Shown piece by piece: positions 12,071-21,286 of a stretch of DNA of 64,000 bases. The DNA comes from Desulfobacterales bacterium (GTDB lineage: Bacteria; Desulfobacterota; Desulfobacteria; Desulfobacterales; JAEINQ01): the NCBI GenBank assembly GCA_016342285.1, contig JAEINQ010000027.1, forward strand, positions 7,841 through 71,840, read 5' to 3'. Below the pieces are notes generated by a model. It did not search any database and was not told the DNA's origin. It worked only from the letters and a program-made list of their open reading frames with translations. The number at the start of each line of letters is the position of its first letter. Within the stretch, counting starts at the first letter, position 1. A program made the translations under genes and the position numbers.

Positions 12071-12907
12071 TTAAAACCGGTACGCCTCCCCGGCCGATCC
12101 GGCAGACACCCGCCGGCCCAGGGCATCCCCCAGAATTCCCACCGCCTCATCACCGGTACAATGACACGGAATGATGGTTTCGATATCCATGGCGTCCAGG
12201 TCAGCAATGGTTTGATCCAGACGCTGGCGACTGGCCGCATTGAGGTGGAAACCGCCGATAACAGCCCGCACCTTTGGTTCTCCGGAAAGATGCCGGGCGT
12301 GGTTCAAGGTATTCACCACACCGGCATGGGCACAGCCCACACAGACCACCAGTCCCAGGTCGGTTTGAATCCAGATGGCAAGGTCGTCTTCAACCGGATC
12401 GGCCCGGTGCCCCTCGGGGTCTAGAAAAAAAGGACCGCCGGAATCTTCATAGGATGTTTTCCGGGGAATGGGTCCGGTGATGCCGATGCGTTCGGTCAGC
12501 ATCAGCGGCTGCTGGACCCAGTGAAGCCGGGGTGAGGGAAGATGATCAATGGCCGACATGGATGCCCTCGGCATGCCGATGGAAGCCGATGTGCCGTTAC
12601 GGATGGCGTAATGCGGTGTGACAGCGCCCGAATGGCAATAGACATGGACTTTGCCGGCGCCATTGACCACCAGCGGAATCCCCCCGGTGTGATCGTAGTG
12701 CCCGTGACTCAATACCAGGGCGTCGGTTCGGCTCAAGTCCACGCCCAGAGCCGGGGCGTTGAAAGCCAGGGCAGCCCCTTGCCCCGTATCAAAGAGGATC
12801 CGCTGGTCATCGGTTTCGATCCAGAGCGAAAAGCCGTGTTCGGCCATCAATCCGGGGCGAATATTGTTGTCGACCAAAACGGTGATTTCAACGGAGGGTG
12901 AACTCAT
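12071..12907 (-). CDS. MBL-fold metallo-hydrolase (family often annotated dihydropterin-aminobenzene-phosphate synthase-like)
   Basis: 278 aa. ITVLVDN...[10 protein letters not shown]...LFDTGQG...[15 protein letters not shown] overlap with the upstream gene. Confidence 0.85.
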   Translation of the reverse strand: MSSPSVEITVLVDNNIRPGLMAEHGFSLWIETDDQRILFDTGQGAALAFNAPALGVDLSRTDALVLSHGHYDHTGGIPLVVNGAGKVHVYCHSGAVTPHYAIRNGTSASIGMPRASMSAIDHLPSPRLHWVQQPLMLTERIGITGPIPRKTSYEDSGGPFFLDPEGHRADPVEDDLAIWIQTDLGLVVCVGCAHAGVVNTLNHARHLSGEPKVRAVIGGFHLNAASRQRLDQTIADLDAMDIETIIPCHCTGDEAVGILGDALGRRVSAGSAGEAYRF

Positions 12908-13878
12908 GGCAGGTTCTTCTTTCGGTTATTTGCCATCGTTGCCGAAACGCCGGCGCCACTCAGGGCCGCGATGGGTTCGATGATGCGTTGCATGAGGGTT
13001 GCCGTGGACGTCTCGGCGTAACGCGCCACAAAAGCACGGCCGCTGTCACAGGCTTCGGCGATGTTCGGGTCGATGGGAATGGTGCCGAGAAACGGCACGC
13101 CCATGTCCCCGGCCATCCGCCGGCCTCCCCCTGAACCGAGGATCGCCGTGATCTCACCGCACTTGGGACAGACAAAACCGCTCATGTTTTCAACGACGCC
13201 GAGCACCGGCACCTGAAGGCGCCGACAGAAGGTGATGGATTTTCTCACATCAACCGCCGCCACTTTTTGCGGGGTGGTGACCACCACGGCGCCATCGAGT
13301 TGGCCGATAAGCTGACAGACCGAAAGGGGTTCATCCCCGGTCCCCGGAGGGGAGTCGATGATCAGATAGTCCAGATCGCCCCAGGCCACATCCTTGAGAA
13401 ACTGTTTGATGGTCCCCATTTTCCTGGGGCCCCGCCAGATCACGGCCTCGTCCGGGCTTTGCAGCAAAAACCCCAGGGACATCACCCGCATGCCGTCCAG
13501 GTCCACCGGACACACCCCGTCTTGGCCCTCTTCCAGCGTCTTCCCCTCCAGACCCAGCATGGTCGGGATGCTCGGACCATGGATGTCCACATCCAGCAGG
13601 CCCACACGCTTTCCAGCCATCTTCAAGGCCATGGCGATATTCACGGCCATGGTACTCTTGCCCACGCCCCCCTTGCCCGACAGGACCACCACCGTGTGGC
13701 CGATACGGTCCAGCCGGGAGCGGAGCTGGCGTCGATCCGCCGCTTTCTTTTCGCCGCCATCGGCCGGATGGGCGGAACCCGCCCGTTCCCGGTGCCCATC
13801 AGCCCCGCAGGCCGTTGGTGCTCCGCCCGGTGCCGTGGGTTTGACAACATTTGCCTTCATTGCGTCGATTCCAATCAT
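12904..13878 (-). CDS. Mrp/NBP35/ApbC-type Fe-S cluster carrier ATPase
   Basis: 324 aa. Deviant Walker [11 protein letters not shown], DxPPGTGD, CPKCG CxxC motif. ATGA overlap with the upstream radical SAM gene. Confidence 0.9.
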   Translation of the reverse strand: MIGIDAMKANVVKPTAPGGAPTACGADGHRERAGSAHPADGGEKKAADRRQLRSRLDRIGHTVVVLSGKGGVGKSTMAVNIAMALKMAGKRVGLLDVDIHGPSIPTMLGLEGKTLEEGQDGVCPVDLDGMRVMSLGFLLQSPDEAVIWRGPRKMGTIKQFLKDVAWGDLDYLIIDSPPGTGDEPLSVCQLIGQLDGAVVVTTPQKVAAVDVRKSITFCRRLQVPVLGVVENMSGFVCPKCGEITAILGSGGGRRMAGDMGVPFLGTIPIDPNIAEACDSGRAFVARYAETSTATLMQRIIEPIAALSGAGVSATMANNRKKNLP

Positions 13879-14822
13879 CGTTCGGCCACGGTGTAAAAAT
13901 GCCGTCCACCGACAACCGTTGGGCGCGCCTTGCCGCCGACCATCAACCGATCGAGGTGCTTGAGCGCTTCGTTAATGTGAATGTTCAGCCCGCCCGCCAC
14001 ATCGGCAGCGGTGCATGGCCGCCGACCCAGCATGGCCAACACCGATTCGGTCCGGGTACCGGAAAGAACGGCGGTCATGGACCCCTCGGCAGCCCCCTTT
14101 CCGATCAGTTCCACCAGTCCCGAAAAGAGGCCCTTGAGAGCGACCAGACGCTCCGAAGAAAGGGATCCGGCGTCGGTCTCGGCAGGTGGCCGGATGACCG
14201 TGCCGAGCTGTATGCGATCCGGCCCGATCTGCTCGGCCAGGGCGGCAATCTTTTTCACATGGGCGTCTGTCCCGGTCTCCCCGGCCAGAAGAAGCACTTC
14301 CAACCACACGTCACCGTCAAACCGTTCGGTAAAATTGACAAGGCCTTCGGTCATGGTTCCAAAGGCGATATCCCCGTGGGGACGGTTGACCCGCCGGAAC
14401 GTGTTTTCATCGCCGGCATCGAGAGAAGGGACCACCAGGTCGGCCGCCATGAGTTCATCCTGGACCGATTTCATCCACAGAAGCGATCCATTGGTCAACA
14501 CGGCCACCGGCACACGGGTCACTTTTTTGATGGCACGGATCAGGCGCCCGATGCCGCTATTAAGGGTGGGCTCCCCCGATCCGGCAAGACCGATATAATC
14601 CGGCGGGGCGCCGTGGCTCAGTGCCCGTTCCAGTTCAGGCACAATCGCCTCCACCGGCACATATTCCCGCCTCTCCATGGTTTTTTGTGTCGTGCGCCCC
14701 AATTGGCAGTACACACAATCATAGGTACAGACCTTGAACGGGACCAGATCGATTCCCAAAGATCGGCCCAGGCGCCGTGACGGCACCGGACCGTAGACAT
14801 GGGAAAAACCGTTCGTTGACAT
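13875..14822 (-). CDS. Radical SAM protein (small, COG0731-like) with a C-terminal winged-helix-like tail
   Basis: 315 aa. [33 protein letters not shown] (CxxxCxxC), GSGEPTL. GGGGGTG SD before the ATG. Confidence 0.85.
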   Translation of the reverse strand: MSTNGFSHVYGPVPSRRLGRSLGIDLVPFKVCTYDCVYCQLGRTTQKTMERREYVPVEAIVPELERALSHGAPPDYIGLAGSGEPTLNSGIGRLIRAIKKVTRVPVAVLTNGSLLWMKSVQDELMAADLVVPSLDAGDENTFRRVNRPHGDIAFGTMTEGLVNFTERFDGDVWLEVLLLAGETGTDAHVKKIAALAEQIGPDRIQLGTVIRPPAETDAGSLSSERLVALKGLFSGLVELIGKGAAEGSMTAVLSGTRTESVLAMLGRRPCTAADVAGGLNIHINEALKHLDRLMVGGKARPTVVGGRHFYTVAER

Positions 14823-14858
14823 TTGTCACCCCCTGTTTGGGCCATCGGGTTCATTTTT

Positions 14859-14977
14859 CGTAAGCGTTTACAGGGCATCACGCCGAGGCGTGACTTTGTT
14901 CCCGGGCATGTAAGTACGAATGAGTACGCCTGCATGCCCGGCGCCTCGCATCTACGGCACCCTGTGAACGCTTACCG
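14859..14977 (-). other. About 120-nt nested inverted-repeat (multi-stem) element inside the operon spacer
   Basis: Outer arms cgtaagcgtttacagggc / gcaccctgtgaacgcttaccg. Inner hairpins tcacgcc-gag-gcgtga and ccgggcatg...catgcccgg. No ORF. Confidence 0.6.
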
Positions 14978-15037
14978 TGCGAGGGGTTGGAATTTCTTGA
15001 GCGTTTCAGCCCCGTGAACCGTTATCATTTCTCAAAT

Positions 15038-15409
15038 TCAAGGCACCGGATCCGGCCCACGGCCCCGGGTACCACCGCGGCAGCCGGGCATGATGAAACG
15101 GTCCTGCCCCAGTGTTCCGGCCTGCCATGCTGAAATGACCTCCTGCAGATCACCAACGACAAAGGACATGACGTCAATGCCATAGCCCTCAATGGCGCGG
15201 CGCACCGGCCGGGAAATCGCCCCGCAGACCAGGACGGAGACCCCCAGTTCTGCCAGGCGCAGCGCCTTTTGCAGAGAAATGTCGCTGTCCAGAGAAGCCA
15301 TGGATTCCCCGACGATCCCTCCGGCGTCAACCTCTACGATATGGACCTGCCGGGCAACGTCGAATACCGGTGAAATGCGATGGCTCCATGTCGCGAAAGC
15401 CACTTTCAT
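15038..15409 (-). CDS. NifX/NifB-C-terminal family (dinitrogenase FeMo-cofactor-binding domain) small protein, orange-protein-like
   Basis: 123 aa. MKVAFATWSHRISPVFDVARQVHIVEVD...VLVCGAISRPVRRAIEGYGIDV is typical of PF02579-type proteins. Confidence 0.8.
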   Translation of the reverse strand: MKVAFATWSHRISPVFDVARQVHIVEVDAGGIVGESMASLDSDISLQKALRLAELGVSVLVCGAISRPVRRAIEGYGIDVMSFVVGDLQEVISAWQAGTLGQDRFIMPGCRGGTRGRGPDPVP

Positions 15410-15424
15410 GGATGGGAAGACCTT

Positions 15425-15907
15425 TCATTCGGCCTGGGCCCGGCCCTGCCGTATCTGTCTGGCCATGTGGTCATCCACCGCGGCCCTAAGGGACGCCGCG
15501 GCCAGAAAGGCACAATGCTCGTGATCCTCGGGAAGGCCGCCGACATCCGCCAGGATGGCCTCTCCGGTGATGTCGAGAATCTCTTCGGCTGTTTTCCCCA
15601 GGGCCTTTTCAGCCGCAAACGACCCGCAAATGAGACTGGGGCCGCACCCGTCGGTTTGGAAGGCAGCCTTGGCCACCACCGAACCGTCAAATTTGAGATA
15701 GACCGTAATCCGGTCACCGCAATCACCCCGCAGGGACCCCGTTCCGTCGGCACTGGGCAACACGCCCACGAAAAGCGGGTGCTTCCAGCGCTGAAAGGCG
15801 ATCTCCCCCCAGTCCTCTTTGGTTTCCTCATCAATGCTCGATTGCAGGGACTGGACAAAGGCATCCAAGGAATCATTCATGCTTTGCGCCTCCGTTTCCT
15901 TATCCAA
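15425..15907 (-). CDS. NifU-N/IscU-like Fe-S scaffold protein
   Basis: 160 aa with the three scaffold cysteines in GDCGD, TDGCGPS and HEHCAFLA. Confidence 0.8.
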   Translation of the reverse strand: MDKETEAQSMNDSLDAFVQSLQSSIDEETKEDWGEIAFQRWKHPLFVGVLPSADGTGSLRGDCGDRITVYLKFDGSVVAKAAFQTDGCGPSLICGSFAAEKALGKTAEEILDITGEAILADVGGLPEDHEHCAFLAAASLRAAVDDHMARQIRQGRAQAE

Positions 15908-16277
15908 AGGATTCCGGTCGATACCCCTGGGGTAAATGCGCCGAACCCTTTACGCAGGCAATGTCTGCTTCTTGGGCAATCCGCGCCAGCAGGTCATCCA
16001 CATGATCACAAAATCCCCGGCCCGAGACCCACTGCCCGTCCTCTTTATGGGCAAAGGTGCAGGTACAGACATGGATCGCCTCGGCACCTTTGCTTTTCAG
16101 GATCTTGCCCATTTCGACCACATGGTCTCCCGGGCACCGACAGGTAAACACACCAACGAGCTGGGCCTCGTCATAGCGTTCAAATCCCTGAACGGTGGTG
16201 TTCAAACAGTTGATGCAGCCGGTCAAAGGACAGCGCGTCTCGTTTTTTTCGCAGCGGATGATGCCGATCCTGGCCAT
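15900..16277 (-). CDS. CGGC-domain protein
   Basis: The track ORF extends to 16436. The ATG at 16277 (MARIGIIRCEKNETRCPLTGCINC...FTCRCPG...HVCTC) is preceded by AAGGAGG. Cys-rich CGGC-type pattern. Confidence 0.75.
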   Translation of the reverse strand: MARIGIIRCEKNETRCPLTGCINCLNTTVQGFERYDEAQLVGVFTCRCPGDHVVEMGKILKSKGAEAIHVCTCTFAHKEDGQWVSGRGFCDHVDDLLARIAQEADIACVKGSAHLPQGYRPESFG

Positions 16278-16420
16278 TGACGCCTCCTTGATGGTGATGG
16301 ATTCCCATAAAGCCGAAGCCATCGGTTTAAAGTTTTGAATTATTATGTTGATGGTTTCATCCATATTCGGCAGCATACCGGTTTCAAGCCGAACCCGCAG
16401 CCGGCCGCATAATAGAGACA

Positions 16421-16435
16421 GCATTTGCCGTGCCA
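16421..16435 (-). promoter_or_regulatory. Sigma54 (-24/-12) promoter for the CGGC...MBL operon
   Basis: The minus strand reads TGGCACGGCAAATGC (TGGCAC-N5-ATGC), about 145 nt upstream of the CGGC start and directly downstream of the sigma54 activator gene. Confidence 0.65.
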
Positions 16436-16548
16436 AAAGCAGGCGACCATCAAAATAATTTTAAGCTTTTGTTTTTATATGTAATTTGAATTTAGGAACC
16501 GGAGAGGAAATCCCTATTTAGTAGCGCATATGCAGCACTACGCGCCAA

Positions 16549-16572
16549 GACGGTAGCATTAACGCTACCGTC
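16549..16572. promoter_or_regulatory. Perfect 9-bp inverted repeat overlapping the activator stop codon (possible UAS or weak terminator)
   Basis: GACGGTAGC-attaac-GCTACCGTC. No T-run follows on the minus strand. Confidence 0.3.
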
Positions 16573-17965
16573 TATGGGTGGATCGGCCGTCTTGTTCGGG
16601 AAGGATGATGCCCAGCCGGCGAATTCGACGAAAAAGGGTGGTTTTGTGGATACCCAGGGCCCGGGCCGCGGCCGATCGGTTATACCGGCTGCGCTCCAGG
16701 GCGGCCCGGATGGACTGGGCGTCCAGCAGATCGTGGGCCGTCCGGACGTGGGAATCGGCAGCGCCGGCCATGCGGTGTGCCGTCAACTCCTCGGGCAGAT
16801 GGGCAATCTCGATCAGCCCCGAGCCACACAAGATAAAGGCGCGTTCGATGGCATTTTCCAGTTCACGAACGTTTCCGGGCCAGTCATGGGCCATGAGCAA
16901 GGAAAGCGCCTGGGCCGCGATCCCATCAATGGCCTTGCCGTGAAGCCGGTTAAACCGTTTAATAAAAGCATCCACCAGAAGCGGGATATCCTCCTTGCGT
17001 CGCCTGAGTGGCGGCAGTTGCACACGAACCACATTGACGCGGTAGTAAAGGTCTTCCCGAAACAGCCCCCGCCGGGTCTGGTCAGCCAGATCTTTGTTGG
17101 TGGCCACGATGATGCGGGCATCGGTTGTCCGGGACCGGGTCGCACCCAGGGGATCGTAGGTCCGTTCCTGGAGCACCCGCAACAACCGCACCTGAAGCGC
17201 CGGGCTCACCTCGCCGATTTCGTCCAGCAGCAGGGTACCACCCTCGGCCATGGCAAACCGCCCGGGCTTGTCACGGGTCGCCCCGGTAAAGGCACCGGCC
17301 TTGTAGCCAAAAAGCTCGGACTCCAGCAGGGTGTCGGGTAGCGCCCCGCAGTTCACGGCAACAAAAGGCCCCCGTTGCCGCAGGCTCAGATCGTGGATGG
17401 TGCGGGCCACCAACTCCTTTCCCGTCCCGGTTTCCCCGAGAATCAAAACCGTGCTGGGGCTGGCGGCAATGGCCGGCAGGACCTCGAACACCCGCTGCAT
17501 CAGCGGGCTGCGGCTCGTCAGGTCGCCAACCTGAAAGCGGCCCTCCAGTTCACGGCGCAGGGCCTCCACGTCGGAAAGATCCCGAAAGGTTTCCGCGCCG
17601 CCGAACACACGCCCGTCAGCATCCCGCAAAACGGCCGTGGAAACGCTGATGGGCCTCCGGTCACCTTCCGCGCCGATGATGTACCCGGACTTGCCGATGA
17701 CCGGCTTGCCCGTTTTCAGCGTCTGCTGCAGCGCACAATCAGCCCCGCACATGCTGGAACGGAACACTTCCGAACAGGGCCGGCCCAGGGCGTCGCCGCG
17801 CATCACGCCCGTAATCTCTTCGGCCGCGCGATTGAACGAGGCGATGCGCCAGTCCGAATCCACCGTGAACACCCCGTCGGAGATGCTCTCAAGGATGGCT
17901 TCGGTGGGCGTCGGAACCGTCGGTTTCGACGCCTTCTTCAGCCTGCCTTTTTCGTTTCTTCCCAT
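16565..17965 (-). CDS. PAS-domain sigma54-dependent transcriptional activator (Fis-type HTH)
   Basis: The track ORF 16565..18721 is an artefactual fusion with an alternative frame of the upstream gene. The true start is the ATG at 17965 (MGRNEKGRLKK). PAS (FTVDSDWRIASFNRAAEEITG), AAA+ GETGTGKE, GAFTGA, C-terminal HTH AAARALGIHKTTLFRRI. Confidence 0.9.
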   Translation of the reverse strand: MGRNEKGRLKKASKPTVPTPTEAILESISDGVFTVDSDWRIASFNRAAEEITGVMRGDALGRPCSEVFRSSMCGADCALQQTLKTGKPVIGKSGYIIGAEGDRRPISVSTAVLRDADGRVFGGAETFRDLSDVEALRRELEGRFQVGDLTSRSPLMQRVFEVLPAIAASPSTVLILGETGTGKELVARTIHDLSLRQRGPFVAVNCGALPDTLLESELFGYKAGAFTGATRDKPGRFAMAEGGTLLLDEIGEVSPALQVRLLRVLQERTYDPLGATRSRTTDARIIVATNKDLADQTRRGLFREDLYYRVNVVRVQLPPLRRRKEDIPLLVDAFIKRFNRLHGKAIDGIAAQALSLLMAHDWPGNVRELENAIERAFILCGSGLIEIAHLPEELTAHRMAGAADSHVRTAHDLLDAQSIRAALERSRYNRSAAARALGIHKTTLFRRIRRLGIILPEQDGRSTHRR

Positions 17966-17979
17966 ATCCGGCCGCACGG

Positions 17980-18690
17980 TCACTGTTTTTCCAGATGAAA
18001 GAGGGTGGCACCCACCGGTGCAAAGGAAAGAAAGAGGATGTTGATACCGGGAATCAGAAACCACAGCCCAAACCCCAAGTGAAAGGGAAGGTGTTTGAGC
18101 AGGAAGGCAAAACGATCGCCAAAGGGGACCAGACGCCGGGCCGGCACCAGATCGGAGTTGTCCCAGGCCAGAAAAATCACCGCCACCGCCGAGGAAAGGA
18201 CGGCAATCACCGGCCCGGCCGGGGTGAGCCATCCGGCCACCATGAGCACCAGGGTCAGCAGGATCGGAATCAGGGCACGGGGCACCTCCTGTTTGACCAG
18301 GAAGACAAACTGACGGATGACCGGCATGGGCTCGGCCGCCGCCACCTCTCCAGTCACCATTTTTTCGGTAATCCGGCTCATGAGGTCCATGAGAAAGACG
18401 GCAAAGAGCACCTGGGCACACAGGTAGGAGACCACGGCGGAGACACCCACCAGAACCAGGGCAAGCCCCCATGAAACCAGATACCAGAGCCAGACAACCC
18501 AGGCGCTGTCGGGTCGGGTCCAAACCTGTTCGACAATCTCCAGGTGGTGGGAAAGAACCACGACAGCCACCCCAACGGTCAGGGCCACGGTCAAAACGAG
18601 CCGCGCAAGACCCAGGGCCAGCAGCCGGGGCGTTTTCAGCCCCAGGCCCAGGCCCCGCCAGTTGTATGTGATGCCGCTGAAAAATGTCAT
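17980..18690 (-). CDS. CysZ/EI24-family integral membrane protein (putative anion transporter)
   Basis: Start chosen at MTFFSGITYNWRGLGL (ATG at 18690). Multi-TM protein whose architecture and C-terminal LIPGINILFLSFAPVGATL resemble the E. coli CysZ ...IPLLNLFIMPVAVCGAT. Confidence 0.75.
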   Translation of the reverse strand: MTFFSGITYNWRGLGLGLKTPRLLALGLARLVLTVALTVGVAVVVLSHHLEIVEQVWTRPDSAWVVWLWYLVSWGLALVLVGVSAVVSYLCAQVLFAVFLMDLMSRITEKMVTGEVAAAEPMPVIRQFVFLVKQEVPRALIPILLTLVLMVAGWLTPAGPVIAVLSSAVAVIFLAWDNSDLVPARRLVPFGDRFAFLLKHLPFHLGFGLWFLIPGINILFLSFAPVGATLFHLEKQ

Positions 18691-19070
18691 GGCATGGATG
18701 GAACCCCAAAGCGAAAGACAAGTCAACAGATTTTCATGCCTGCCCAACCCGCTTTCGTGCCCTGCCCAGGGACTTTGACCCTCCCCATCGTCCCGCTTTC
18801 CAAAGTCAGTCCCGGCGCAGCCAATTGACCTGACAGCGCCATTGTGTTAGTTTTCCTTAAATCCTTTTGGGGAAAATCGATCCGCCGGCCTTCCGGGGCA
18901 AGGGGATTGGTCCTGCCGTTGCCCGTTCCAAGGCTTTCTGCATTGATTGTCTGCCGAGATATCCCCCCGGGCTGACATGTTCTGCGCGCAAACGCTTATC
19001 GCCATTGCCCGGTTGCGCCCTTCGACGCACCTGCGTTGATCCGCGGCCGAAGGGTTTGCGCCTCGACTCT

Positions 19071-19086
19071 CCGGCAACATTGCCGG
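19071..19086. promoter_or_regulatory. 16-bp palindrome upstream of the KamA-like gene
   Basis: CCGGCAA-CA-TTGCCGG, 35 nt upstream of the ATG at 19121. Confidence 0.3.
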
Positions 19087-19120
19087 GTAACGGGGGAAAA
19101 AACAAGATGCAAGGAGAACC

Positions 19121-20926
19121 ATGACCATGGAGATGGAAAAACACCAGCGCCGATTCATGCGGATTCTTGATAACGCGCCGGAAATCAAAGCTATTTTTCT
19201 TTCCGAAGCCCCTCTGGAAGAAAAACGGGTGAAAATTCTAGGCTTTCTCGCTCGCATGCAGGCCAAAACCTTCAGCGACGACCCCGGCATCCCCCCCCTG
19301 GAATGGGTTCTGGCCCGAGACGCCATTCAGGTCTTTCGCAGCCTGATCTCCACCCGCAGCGAACGCCTGGCCGGATACAGCTTTCTCAGCTATCTTGACA
19401 ACCTGTTGCATCGGGTCCCACCAGGGGACCAGCCCCTCCCCCATGCGGGATTTTTCAACGAACTGGAGCACCTGATCCGGGGCATCGTGGGCAAAACGGG
19501 CATCTACCCGGAGAAGGCCCCGGGTTTCCTCAAGTTGCACGGCGCCCGTGCGGCCCGGCTCCGATCAGCGGATCTGTCGCGAATGTCCGCGGCAGCCCAG
19601 GAACAAATGGCCCGGTTCACCTCCGGGCTGGAGAACGAGACCGTCCGCAGGCGAAGCCGGAACAAGGCCCGCATCCTCAAACACTTCGACGCCACGGACC
19701 TGGAATGGGAAAAATGGCAGTGGCATGTCCGAAACGCCATTCAAGACGCCGAGACCCTCGGCCGACTGGTGGAGCTCACCGCCGATGAACGCCGCGCCGT
19801 TGAAATGGCCCGCCAGCAGCGCATCCCATTCGGCATCACCCCGTATTATCTCTCGTTGATGGATTATCGAAGCGGCTCGGCCCGGGACCGGGCGGTCCGG
19901 GCCCAGGTGATCCCGCCCATGAATTACGTGAAAACCCTGCTCAACCAACCCAGAGACGCCCACTCCGGCCAGGATTTCATGCTGGAGCACGACACCTCGC
20001 CCATCGAAGGGATCACCCGGCGGTATCCGGAAATCGTCATCTTAAAACCGATCCTGACCTGCCCCCAGATCTGTGTCTACTGCCAGCGCAATTGGGAAAT
20101 CGAAGAGATCGATTCTACCCAGGCCGTCCTTTCCGCCGACAAACTCCAAAAGGCCATTGAATGGATCGCCGACACCCCCGAAATCCAGGAGGTGCTGATC
20201 ACCGGTGGCGACCCACTGCTGCTCTCCAACTCCCGGATCGAAAAGATTCTCTACCGCCTCTCCAAGATCGACCATGTGGTCCGCATCCGCATCGGCACCC
20301 GGACCCCGGTCACCCTGCCCCAGCGAATCACCGATACCCTGGTCCGAAGCATCAACCGGTTTCACATTCCGGGGAAACGCGAAATCATCATCATCACCCA
20401 TTTCGAACACCCCTACGAAATTTCCCCCCAGGCCATGGAAGCAGTGCAAAAATTCCGCCGCTACGGCATCGACGTCTACAACCAGATGGTCTACACCTTC
20501 TACAATTCGAAAAAATTCGAGGCCGCCGCATTGCGGAAGCAGCTCCGACTCATCGGCGTCACCCCCTACTACACCTTCAATGCCAAGGGTAAGGAAGAGA
20601 CCGACGACTACCGGGTCCCCATCGCCCGGCTGCTTCAGGAGCAGCACGAGGAGGCCCGTCTTCTGCCGGGGACGGTGCGCACCGACGAAATCGTCTTCAA
20701 CGTGCCCCGGCTGGGAAAGAACTACTTGCGGGCCCGGCAGCACCACGACGTGGTCTCCATCCTGCCGGACGGGCGCCGGGTCTACGAGTTTCATCCCTGG
20801 GAGAAAAAACTCTTCCTGGTGGACACCTACACCTATACCGATGTCTCCATCCACAGGTACCTGCAGCGGATGAAGGCGGCCGGGGAAAACATCACCGCCC
20901 TGAAAACCATCTGGTATTATTATTGA
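19121..20926 (+). CDS. KamA-family radical SAM aminomutase-like protein with an about 220-aa N-terminal extension
   Basis: 601 aa. AAGGAGA SD. Core ...RYPEIVILKPILTCPQICVYCQRNWE...LITGGDPL... is typical of lysine-2,3-aminomutase/EpmB relatives. I do not recognise a domain in the first about 220 aa. Confidence 0.85.
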   Translation: MTMEMEKHQRRFMRILDNAPEIKAIFLSEAPLEEKRVKILGFLARMQAKTFSDDPGIPPLEWVLARDAIQVFRSLISTRSERLAGYSFLSYLDNLLHRVPPGDQPLPHAGFFNELEHLIRGIVGKTGIYPEKAPGFLKLHGARAARLRSADLSRMSAAAQEQMARFTSGLENETVRRRSRNKARILKHFDATDLEWEKWQWHVRNAIQDAETLGRLVELTADERRAVEMARQQRIPFGITPYYLSLMDYRSGSARDRAVRAQVIPPMNYVKTLLNQPRDAHSGQDFMLEHDTSPIEGITRRYPEIVILKPILTCPQICVYCQRNWEIEEIDSTQAVLSADKLQKAIEWIADTPEIQEVLITGGDPLLLSNSRIEKILYRLSKIDHVVRIRIGTRTPVTLPQRITDTLVRSINRFHIPGKREIIIITHFEHPYEISPQAMEAVQKFRRYGIDVYNQMVYTFYNSKKFEAAALRKQLRLIGVTPYYTFNAKGKEETDDYRVPIARLLQEQHEEARLLPGTVRTDEIVFNVPRLGKNYLRARQHHDVVSILPDGRRVYEFHPWEKKLFLVDTYTYTDVSIHRYLQRMKAAGENITALKTIWYYY

Positions 20927-21015
20927 CGATCCTGTAAAAACATTCCCGGCAAGCTGGTAAGAAATCCACAGGGGAGGGGGTCTTGGGTGCGCCCTGAAAG
21001 AGGGCATCATGGTCC

Positions 21016-21178
21016 ACGCCCAGAGAACGTGGCCTTGGGTTGCCTCTGGAAGGGGCTTGGATACTGTCCCAAACTGCGTTCACTTTAGTCACTGGCAACA
21101 TAGGCGTATCGGCATAGCCAGTTTACTCTGACCACGCCACAGGACATGGATTCCAACTGCGAATTGAAATTTCATTTG
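21016..21178 (+). repeat. Composite intergenic repeat (family B variant + family A copy A1)
   Basis: cccagagaacgtggccttgggttgcctctggaagggg (B-like), then cactttagtcactggcaac...ggcatagccagtttactctgaccacgccacaggacatggattcc...gaattgaaa (A). Confidence 0.8.
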
Positions 21179-21286
21179 GCCGTTTCCCTGAAGAAACGGG
21201 TGAACCTGTCCGGATCCGCCATTGGAAGTGCCGGCTCCATGTCAGCGTGACAACGGGCCGCAACAGGCCCCTGCGCAGGAGGTTCT

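Noticed and set aside
16565-18721. 718-aa ORF in the track suggesting one giant regulator
   Set aside because: Its first 252 codons are an alternative frame of the CysZ-family gene (Gly/Pro/Arg-rich nonsense). The sigma54 activator starts at the ATG at 17965, and the CysZ-like gene (17980..18690) occupies the other frame with clear membrane-protein sequence.
20042-21010. Long antisense ORFs opposite real genes. Examples: 20042..21010, 22960..23913, 26766..27989, 43397..44605, 49423..50607, 54531..55631, 55856..56668, 56711..57646, 58430..59395, 13851..14780, 30729..31361, 60916..61413
   Set aside because: These are typical high-GC shadow ORFs. Their translations are Gly/Arg/Pro/His-rich with no motifs, and each lies opposite a gene with unmistakable family signatures.
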